Positions 9,237 through 21,200 of a stretch of DNA of 64,000 nt are shown here, in pieces. Source of the stretch: a virus (lineage: Duplodnaviria > Caudoviricetes); IMG/VR virus record IMGVR_UViG_3300021164_001199, positions 30,063-94,062 of that record, one strand, 5' to 3'. A program made the translations under genes and the position numbers. Numbering within the stretch: position 1 is the stretch's first letter; the number at the start of each line of letters is the position of its first letter. The notes under the pieces were generated by a model. That model made no database searches. It was not told where the DNA came from and saw nothing but the letters and a program-made list of their open reading frames with translations.

Positions 9237-12200
9237 TGGCTTGTCTTACACAAAAACAATTAGATAACATATTTAAATCAATTGGTAATTATTTTAAAAA
9301 TTTAAATGATCCAAAAGATTATAATCACTTAGAACATCTATTATATATTTATAATAAAGGTATATCTAGTGGAATGACACCAGCAACAGCTCTATCATAT
9401 GTGCAAGCTGTACCTAAACTAGTTCAAGCATATAAAGCTATAACTGGAATTAAATTAATTAAAGATGAAAATATTCAAGTAGCAAGACTTGAGTCTGATT
9501 TTGAAGATAATGATTTAAATTTTATTGCAGATACTTTAGAATTAACTAGTGAAAAAGAACCTGAAGAAATTACTGAAGTAACAACAGATGAGGTAGTTGC
9601 ACCTAAAGGTCAAACATTAAAAATATTTACTGCTAAGACAAATGATCCAACTTCTACTACTGGTCCTGATGAAAGAAAGGATGATGGTACTCAAAGTATA
9701 GATCCTAAGAAAACTTGGTACCACGGATTTACACGTAAACTTATTGCTAATGCTGTAAGTGGATTTGATGGTTCTACTATAACAATTAAAAATCATACTG
9801 GCTTTAAACTTAAAGCTATCAAAATGTCTGAGATTCCTTATGAGGAATTATATGATTTTCTAAAAACTCAAAGTTTATCTGAAGAGCAATTAAAAGCAAT
9901 ATTAGATAGAGACCAGATTGTAGCATTAGTAATTACTGATAATAATGGTAAAATATTAAAGTTTAATCAAGATTATGCAGTTGCACCTGATGGAAAGTTA
10001 ATATACTTTCAAATGAGAGATACTAACTATGATTTACTAGATGTTGTAGGAGCAAGAGGTGTAATTCAAAGTGTTGAAGAAATATCTAGTAATTTAAATA
10101 TATCTTATAAAGAAGCAGAAAGAAGAGTTAGAGAAGGTGTAAATAATTTAAGAGCAATCCAGAAAGGAGTATTTGAAAATAAAAATGTAATACTTGATAT
10201 TACTGGAGGCAGTCGTGGCTACTTACCTTTACTAGAAAAAAATATTAAACTGAATTATCAAACTGCTCCATCTACATTAGGTCAAGTAGTTGCTAATATG
10301 GATTACTTTGAAATTAGTTACAATACTACTGGTGGAACAACTAATAGATTTATTACTCTATATGGTAATACGATTAATTTATTTACACGTAAGGCAAATG
10401 ATGAAGAATTAAGTCTATTTAGTGATGCTGTTGTAGAAAACTTATTAAATTCTGATGATACTACTGTAGGTTTAGAATTCTTAAGTCAGTATTTAGCAAT
10501 GACTAATTCTAATAAGAATGAACTTAGAAAATTACTTGAAAGTATTAAAGAATCAAGAGATAAAGAAAATGGTGTAGATAGATTAAAAAAATATTTAAAA
10601 ACAGCAGGTTCTAATAAGAATGGTTTTTGGTTAACATACCAAAAAGAATTACCTGAATATTTTGGTATTAAGAATGGAGAACTTGCTATTATCAATAGAG
10701 AAGAGTATTATAATTTTTGGAAAGATGTTTTAAAAACAGCTTTACCATTAAATGATGATGATAAAGTACAATTGTTTAATTCATATTTAAATTTTGAAAT
10801 TGATAATAAAACTAAAGAAACTTTAGGATTAAGTAAATCTGAAGAACCTAAAATAGAAAAGAAAACTAGTGCTATTGTAGCAAATACAAATTTTGACATA
10901 GATTCTTTAATGAAAGAAAAAGGAATATCTTCTGAAGCTACAAAGAAACAAATTCAAGATGCTTTAGATTGGTATGAAAATAGTCCTTTAAAAAATGTAG
11001 TACCTGTTAATGTACTTTTTAATGTTTTAAATTCAAATTCAAAAGCTGTTTGGGAAAGATCAGGAATTACTTTATTTTTTGGTTCTAACTACACAGATTT
11101 ATATCATGAGGCTTGGCATGCTTTCTCTCAATTGTTTTTAACAATAGATGACAAACAAAAGTTATATGCTGAAATTGGAAAAATGTCTGGAACATTTGCT
11201 TTACCAGGTGGTGGTAGAATTAAATATTCAGATGCAAAACCAGTTCAAATAGAAGAGTTATTAGCTGAAGACTTTAGACAATATAGATTATCTAATGGTA
11301 CAAAAGTATTTGGGCAAAGACCAGTGACTAATAGAATCTTTTCTCAAATTTTAAAGTTATTAAATTGGTTATTTGATAAAGTTTCATATCAACAAACACA
11401 AACAGATTTTAATTCATTAAAGAATGTAAAAACATTATATGATAAATTATATCTAGGTAACTTCATAGATATGAAACCTGATGCTAAAAATATCATGTTT
11501 GGTTCATTAGCATCTCCTATAGGTTCAGTAGAAAATGGTACTCAATTAACTATTACTCAATCAAATGAAATAGCAGATACAATGGATGCTATTATATCTG
11601 ATGTATTAGAAAATATTGCAAAAGAAACTGGTAAAGTTATTATTGGTAACTTTTTAAATTCTAAGAATTCAATTAAATATGTTTATGGTAAAATAAAAGA
11701 AGCTTTTGAAAAAAGAGTAGTTGAATTAAGTGAAGATGTAGTAGCCAATGAGTATGCTATAAACTTATTAAATATTGCTATAACTGACTTTGGAAATATA
11801 GATGATACAATAGATAACAAGAAATTAAATGATAGCACAACTATATCGTATCACCTTAGAAGATCTAAGATATTAGATTTTAAAACTAAAACTTTAGATG
11901 ATAATGATGAAAAAACTGTTGACTTAGATACACATATTAAAAAAGAATTAGCTGATAATGGTGAACTATCTTTTGAAGAACTAGCAAATGAAAGAGTATT
12001 ATTTCTTATTAAAACATTAAAACAATATGATTCTAATGGTAATGTAGAAATGAATGACTTAGGCTTTCCTAAACTTGTTAAATTCAACAAAGTATTAGGA
12101 ATTCTAATTAGAGAACTTAATAATAACTCAGGGCCTAAATCTATTAAAGCTAAACTAGAAGCATTGAGAGATAATGGTCAACATGAAATTGGTGAACTAT

Positions 12201-15200
12201 TAATTAAACTAGGTGATTTAGATTTAGTAAAAGAAGATGATAAAGCAGATATCATGAATGCTTGGATCTTATTTGCTAATAGTTTTAATACAACATCACT
12301 ACCATTAATTATTACAAGATTAGAACAAACTACAAATAGAGATGAAAATACATTTGAATATTCTTTATATAACACTCAAGGTAAATTAGATTTATCAAAT
12401 ACTAAAAGAAAGTTTATTCAAGAGTTTTCTATAAATAGATTAAATAGATTCACTTCAGAATTTGAAGGATTAAAAGTTATTGATAAAAATAAACTAGAGA
12501 ACTTCAATATACAAGAATATAATAACTTACAATTTGGAGATCCTAAAAAATTCAATAAGGCTGTATTATTCTATAATGCTATTGGTATTCCAGTAGGTAA
12601 ATCTGAACAATACAAAGAATTACTAAGTAATAAAACTGTATTAGAAGGAGTAACTTATATCTATAACATGCTTATGGAATATAAGAGTAAAGGAAAGAAT
12701 AGTGACTTTATTCCAGATCATATAAACTATTTAACTAAATCAAAAGAAGGTAATCAGTCTAATGTAATTGATACAGTTATCCAAGCATATCTTAAAGTAG
12801 AAGATATAGTTAGTACATTTAGTTTACTAAATGCTGAAGGTAATAGGCAATATGAGAATGTTCTTAATAATACAATTACTATTACAAAGAATGGACTTAA
12901 TGATGTAAATACATTTCAGGAATTTTATAGTAAACCTGAGTTTGCACATTTTAATCCTGCAATAAATCCAATGGTTAGAAACTCTCAAGTATTAAAAAAA
13001 TTATTTGGAGAAGATTTAACTGGTAGAATAGATACCTTAAACTTAAGTAATTACTCTGGTATACAGTTAGATAAAGATGGTGTGAATATAAACTCAGTTT
13101 CTATTACAGAAACAGATACAGCTACAAAATTTTACATTGATTTATATTCTTATATCAATAATGGTTATGTGGAACTACCAAGACATGCTGATAAGAAAAT
13201 GGCATTAGCATATCATACTTCTAAAAATCCACATTTTATTACACCTACTTCATATTATCAAAGTCCTGAGTTATCAGATGACAAGTTTTTTAAAATCATG
13301 TTTGGTTATTTAAAAGCAGAGCATGAAAGAGTTCAGGATATTAGAAACAATACTATTAGTGATTTAGATTATTTTCCAGAGTTTAAAAATCAAGGAAAAG
13401 AGTTCTTGATATTCCATGACATCTTAACTCCTGAATTAAAAAATAAACTATATGATACTTCTATAGAAGAATTAGCTGCCTTAAATTCTGATACTCAATT
13501 ACATAAAGAAATTAAAGATAGAATAGTAGCATACTTATCAAATCTAACTTCTAAAAATAAAGTTGTATTTGATGAAATGAATTATTTAGATGCTGACTCA
13601 ATTAAAAAATTAATTAAACCAGGGTTTGTTAATCAAGGATTGAGTAATGACGAAAAAGCAAATAGACTAGTTAGAGCTTATAGTGCTAACTCATTCATAT
13701 CATTTGTAGAATCTACCATATTATTCTATGGTGACATAGCTGCATATAACTTATTAAAAGAAGAATTTCATAAACGTAATGCTTCTGCAGGTTCTACAGG
13801 TAGAACATTTATTAGTGATCCTGAATTTCTATATGCATATAAAAAACATTTTGGTAATAAGTATGCTAACAAACAAGGATATAAATCTTATGGTGTTGCA
13901 GATAATGGTGTTTTAAGAACAGCTGTATTTGATGATATACAAGTGCAAAATGATGATTTAATAAAAGAATATAAAATACTATTTGAAAAACAATATACTA
14001 AAGATTATACAGCATTTGGATTAACTGGTAAAGCTTTAACAGATAAAGTAGAAGCAGAAGTAAAAAAATCAATTGCTAAATATTTTGAAAAAGAAATTAA
14101 AGAAGGTGATGGTCAAGGTTGGTTAACTTTTGATGCTTATAGAATGCTGGCAAAGCTTTCTAATGAGTGGTCTCCAGCTCAAGAGGAACTATACAATAAA
14201 ATTGTAGAAGGTAAAGATATAGGTATAAATGAGATAGTTAAAAACTTTCCTCCTAGGAAATATCAATACTATGGTCCAATTGTAACAGAAAAGTATCATT
14301 TAAATGCTCTTCATAAGTTTTCATTAATGCCACTTATACCTAGTGTTATTAAGGATACAAATCTTGCACAGATACATGAAAGAATGATGAACAGTAATGT
14401 TCAATATGCTACATTTAAATCTGGTTCCAAAACTGCTACAAGAACATATGAAAATGGAAAATCTGATCAATTTTATACAGATTTATCAGTTAGAAAAGCA
14501 ATGCCTAAAGATGCTGCATTATTAATTAATGAGATCAATATTAAATATTTACGTAATCAAGTATCTATTAATGATGAATTCAAAGAAGAAGTAGTATTCT
14601 CTACTCAAATGAGAAAATTAATCATTAATGAGTTATTTGAAAAAGGTATTCCATTAAATGCTAATGTAGAAGAACTAGTAAAATCTTACTTAAGAAATAT
14701 TGAAAGATATATTGAATTTAATAAACAAGAGTTAAGAGATGAAATAGAACTTAAAAGTGATGGTAAGTTTAATGCAGAATCTTTAGCTAAGATTATTAAA
14801 ATTGAAATGTCTAGAAGAGATTTTCCTGAACACTTGCAAGATACTGTAACTAAAATTGAAAATGGAAATTTTGCTTATGACTTATCCTATGCATTAAATG
14901 CTGAAGACATTGAAAAGATTTTATTCTCAATTGTAAATAAAAGAATTGTAAGAAGAAAAGTAAATGGTGAACCATTAATTCAAGCTGCTGTATCTGGTTT
15001 TGAAAGTGAAAGACCTGACTTAACTAATGCTACTGAAGAAGACTTAGTTAAATATAGAGCTGATGAACTTAAATTCTATAGAGTAGATCCAGTAACTGGT
15101 AAAACATTACCAATGCAAGTTAAAATTGCATTACAAGGAAAGTTTAAAAAACTATTATATTTAGAACATAATGGTCAAGTAATTGGGACTAGAGATAATT

Positions 15201-18200
15201 TAAATAAAGCATTAAAAGATTCTGAATGGATGAAAGTACATGGTAAAATGGTTACCCTTGTGGGTGTACGTATTCCAGTTCAAGGATTTAATTCAATGGA
15301 AATGATGGAAGTTGCAGAATTCTTAGATGAATCTGCAGGTAACATTGTAGTTGCTCCAACACAGATTGTATCTAAATCAGGTGGTGACTTTGATATTGAT
15401 AAGTTATCTATATTCTTTCCTAATATTGAAAAAGTTGGTAATAAAATATTCTTATCAAGATATGATAGATCAATCAAAGAATCAACAGGTGAATTAAAAG
15501 GTAAAATTTCTGATTTAAAGAAAAGAATAAAAGAAATTAAAGGTGATTCACAAAAAGAATTTGAAAATCTTAAGAAACAAAAACAATTTAGTAAACTTGA
15601 AAATACTGAAAAACAGTTAATTAATCAATTGTATGAAAACTACAATAGACTACTTGCAGAGAACAATAATTTAATAGAACTTTGGTCAAAAGAATCTGCT
15701 AATACTAGAAAAGGTAAAATTTTATCTAATGAAATTGATGAACTAAAAAATATTTCTATTTCATTTGAAGATAAATTCCAAGAGTTAACTTTAGCAGAAG
15801 CTGAATTAAAACAAAATTTAAAAGTATACTATGGTGCCTTTTATGAAGATAAGCAACAAAAATTCTGGGATACTCAAGATGTAAAATTACAAGTTGTATT
15901 TGATGAAATGAATATCATTAAGGAGAAATTAATTAATTCTTCTAATAGTGCATATGAAAATGATATTACTCAAGACATTATAAATATTCTTTCAGCTCCT
16001 GAAATTGCTGCAGCATTAGTTAGACCTAATGATACTGACTTAGTACAGCCATTATCTAAAGACATGCTTAAGTATTTTGCTAAGTCATATAATCCAAAAG
16101 AAAATTTTAATACAGATCCTTCAATAATGGAATTTGTTGATGATCTAGAAACTAATCCTGAAAAGAAAAATAAAATAAGACCTGTATCACCTACTAGAAT
16201 ATTTGAAACAAGATATAATATTTATAAACAATACTCTAACTCAGTTGGTAAAAGAGCTTTAGGTATAGGTGCCGTAGATAATGCTTATAATGCACTATTC
16301 AATCAAGTTGGTTTGTACCTAAATGATGAATATGAACATGTCAGAACTGATAAAAAAACAGGTAAGGATATAACTCAAATAAGAAAGAATAGATTACTAT
16401 TAAGTCATAACAAAATGAATAATGGTAAAATATCTTTATCTAATATATTCAATACAGAAGGAACTAAAATATCTGATTTAATTAATCAGTTGATCAATGG
16501 TTGGGTAGATGTTGCTAAAGATCCTTGGATTGCTTATGTAATGGGTACTCCTGAAGCATCACCATCTTTATTATACTTAGTACAAGCTGGTGTACCATTT
16601 AAACAAGCTGTATACTTCCTAGCTAATCCATTAGTAAGACAATACTTTGATACTCTTAAGAAAATGGAAAGCCCATTAGCTGCTTTAAGTCAATCAATTG
16701 AGGAAAATGATTATGGTGATCCTATAATAAAATCTAAATTACCTGAAAATGAATTTAGACTTAAAGCTGAAATGTTAGGTTATGGTAAATCAGATTATCC
16801 AAATGGTCATCAGTTATATGATAGGATTCAAGACTATACAAAAGGATTTGAAAATATAACAGAAAAAGAACTATTTGATAGATTAGAGGCTAGTATACAA
16901 CCAGGTTGGTCACGTAATGAAACAGACATGGCTGTATTAGCGCACTTCATAGAAATACTTGATGTAGCAAAAGGACTATTTAAAATTAAATCATCTCTAA
17001 ACTTTGATACTAAGACATCTGCTACAATGTATGATGCTTATGCAAGAAGTCAAAAAAGAGATTTAATTGTTAGTGATAATGAAGATGAGGTAAATATTCT
17101 TAAGATATTTCCAAAGCATAAGTTAAAAGCATTATATGAAGATACTATTCTTCACAACTTTGATGTGAGTGACATGCAAATGGAAATGTTTAAAGATTTA
17201 TATGGTGTTAGAAATAATCCTAATTTAAATAAATATTTATACGAATTCTATAAGAATAGTTTAATATTTGGAAGTAATATATTTGATAGAGTAAAACAAA
17301 TTTTTGGTGGAAATGATAAAATGATTTCTGAATTCAAAAATGATTTTACTACAGCTATTACTTTATCTGCTCTAAGAGATATTGGTGTTACAGAAACTAT
17401 GTACAAAGGATATGAAGTTGTACAAGTTAATAGTAAAGAATATGAAAAAGTTATAAATAAAAAAGTAAATAAATCTTTACCTACTGATAAATTATATTTT
17501 GCTAAAAATAATTATACTAAAGATACTCCAGAGAAATATCCAAAGTATGGTTTTATTTTTACTGAGAATGCAGAAAAACTAGGTACTAATTATAATGTAT
17601 CAACAACTCAAGCAGTTATTAGAACTAATAAAAAAGGAGAAAGAAATCCTAATGCATTAGCTATTGTAACTAAGAAAATGCAGAAAGCTGGGGCTAACTT
17701 TACAAATTCTGAAGCAGATTTTAATCAGTTTAAAGAACTTAATACTAAGTTGATTAATGACATAGTTGATTCTAAGTTTGAAAGAATTATAGTTCCTACT
17801 GGTGGATTTGCAATGGAAAAAGCACAACTACCTACAAGGTTTGCAGAATGGTTACAGAATGAATTGCAAACTAAATTAGGTATTGCTACAGAATTAGTTG
17901 ATAGAGGAACTGGAATGAGTGGCTTAACTAACTCTAAAAAATATGAAGAACCTACTACTCAACAATCTACCAATCCACTAGTAGAAGCAGGAATTAAACC
18001 TACTGATATGTATGGTAATGCTGCTAAAGATATCCAGATGGCATCTGAATCTACTCAGTTTATTGGATTTGGTACTATAATGAAAGAAGGTAATGTATCT
18101 TCTACAGATAAATATGCTAAAGCTTGGGGTAACAAAGCTAATACTGGAGAATATACTGCTAATGATATAATTATGGTATCTGGTAGTGGTAACTTTGGTA

Positions 18201-21200
18201 GAGGTGGTGTGGATAAAACAGAAGAAGCAGCAGCAATTAAAAAAACATTATCTGAAAAATATAAACCTTTATTATTAAAAGCTATAGAAGCTGGTGCCTC
18301 TTTTAGAATTGGTAACCAATATGCTAAAGGTAATTTATCTGATGAAACTGTTGCTAAATTTTTACAACAAAAAGGATATACTGAAGAAAAACTTAATGGA
18401 TATTCTAGATGGAATGCTCCTGTTAAACCAAAGGGAGAAAAAGTTGCGGATGGTATATATGTAAATCAAGAAGGTTTATCACCACAAGAAGAACTTGAAT
18501 TATTTGAACTTATTAGACCAGTACTAGAAGAACAAGCTGTTAAAAGTAATGCAGGTAAGAATGCTCCAAAAATGGCAGGTCTAGGTCTTAACTGGGATTA
18601 TGTTAATGGAGTGACTAAAAGAAGAGATAATGGATTTGAAAAAATTGATATACAAGATCCTTTAAGAAAGAATAGTGCATATGGGTGGTTTACATCTTCA
18701 TCTACTGGTGAGAAATTAGGTTCTATATCTAAAAGAATGGTAGAGTTAATGAGTAAAGCTACTGGTATAGATGTTACTGATTATGATGGTTCTATTATAA
18801 ATATTTATAATTCAGATAGTTTTATTGGTAATCATCCTGATATTGATGAAAGTAAAACAGCAGAAAAATATCCTGTTGTTGTTGTTAATATAGGAGGTCC
18901 AGGAAATATTGTATTAGGTAGTGATAAGGTAAATTTAAAATCAGGAGCAGGTTATGTATTTGGTGTTGATGGTAAAAATAGAACCATATCTCATTCTACT
19001 TACGCATCACCTATTAAAGGTACATTACCAGCTATAACTACTGCTATGGATGGTGAAACATTAAAAGCTGGTTCTTATAGAGTTTCAATTACAATGAGAA
19101 GAGTCATGCCTTTAAAGAAAGGAATGCCTGAATCTCCAAAAGTTATTTCTAAAAAACCATCTACTAGTGCTAATGAATTTGATATAGCAGATAAATTAAC
19201 ACCTATAGAACAAAACTTTAAAGATGGTTCAGGTGGTAGACAAATGCAACCACAGTTTAAAGGTAAATCTACTATGGATCTTATTATGTCAGGAGATAGA
19301 ACTAGAACTACTAGAGCTAAGACTGATGTTGGAAGAATGTTGAAAGACTATAACCTTTCTAAAATTGAAGATCTTGTTGGTAAAATTATACGCATGACAG
19401 ATAATACAGGTAAACAAGTCTATACTAGAATTACTAAAGTTGCTCCATTTACACAAGAATATCAAGATTCTACATGGAAAAAAGAAGGCTGGGAAAAGTC
19501 TGTAACAGATAAACTTGTTGGACAGTATCCTTATGCTATAGAGTTTGAAGTAGTAAATAAACCTACTCAATCATCTACTAGTACTAATATTGGACCAGAA
19601 ACTATAATTAATGTATATTCTAAAGATAAAAATGGATTTGAAGATTTGAGCAATTTTGCTGAAAGATCTGTTAAGCTTGGTAATGAAACTTTTAGAACTC
19701 CTGAAGGTGCTTATCAAGCTATGAAAATTTGGTTTACAAATGCTGCTTTATTACGTACACCTATTAGTAAAGAAAATCTTGAAATATTAGAAAAATTAAA
19801 AACAGCTTCAGGTCTAGAAGCAAAAGCTTTAGGAAATAATATTACAGATTTATCTAAAGACACCTGGGATAGAGATTCATCAGGTGTAATGAAAAATATT
19901 TTAACACTTTCATTTCAACAAAATTCTAAAGCTTTAGATAAACTTCTTTCTACTGGTAATGCTACTCTAACTCATACTCAAGATAAAACTAAGTGGAAAA
20001 CTGAATTTCCTAAATTATTAATGGAAGTTAGAAATGAACTTAGAGGTGAACAACCTAAAGTTAATGAGCCAGTTGAAGTAGAACAAGTTCCCACTAAGGG
20101 AACTAATATACCAGGATATATTCCTACAGGAGTATTTATTCAAGATGATAAAATGTATGTTGATAAAGATACATTATATGAACAATTTGAAACTCAAGAA
20201 TATTCTACCAATAATACACAAGCATATGGAACTATTATAACAACTCCTGAAGGTGGTAAATTCTATTTACAAAAAGTAAGTCCAAGGACTTTCAATGATA
20301 ACTTTAGTGAGTATGTAAAGTTTGTAATGGAAAGAGAATATCAGAGAAGTGTATTAAAAGCTTCAGACATAACCAATTTTGATGAACTACTTAAAACAAC
20401 TACTGCTAAATTAATAACTCCTAAAAAAGTACAAATTAATATTGCTGAATTACAAAATAAACTTAAAACAGATGTGGCATTTGTAGGTAATAAATATGGA
20501 CTAGAAGATTTAGTAGACGTATATTCTGGTGAAGTGATTTATGATAATTTGAAGCCTGGCTTTAGAAAACCAGGAATTTATGAACAATATACAATAACTG
20601 AAGAAAGAGGGTCTGCTGTAAAATATAAAATAATTGAAAGTTATTTAACTAATAAAGCATTAAAGAATATTCTTAATTCTTATTCTTATATGCAGGATCC
20701 AGAGAATTCATATGCCAGACAATTATTAGATTTAGTAAAAAAATATAAGTTAGCAAAAGACTATAGTCTTCTTGATGCATTGACACTTAATAAGTCTAAT
20801 GGTAATGACATCTTTAATTTAGTATTTAAAGAAGGTAAACCTGATTCTAATACTATAGATAACTATATTGATGAATTAATGAGACTATCTAATCCTGATG
20901 TTGAAAAACATCCAGATATACATATTAATAAAGAGATTTCTGAATTCTTTGATAAATTTCAATATTATGTATTGTTATCTAGTGGATTTAGTTCAGGTAA
21001 CAAATATTCATTAAATTCTATTATATCTCAAGAAAAGATATTAAACTATACTAATTCAGATGCAATTAAAAAAGCAACTAATAGAATTTTAAATGATTCA
21101 GATTATTATGGTAAAGTTGAAAAAACTTTAAATATTTTTACTGATAAGTTTTTAAGACATAGGTTAGGTATTATTGTAAATCCAAGATCTAAAATAGTTA

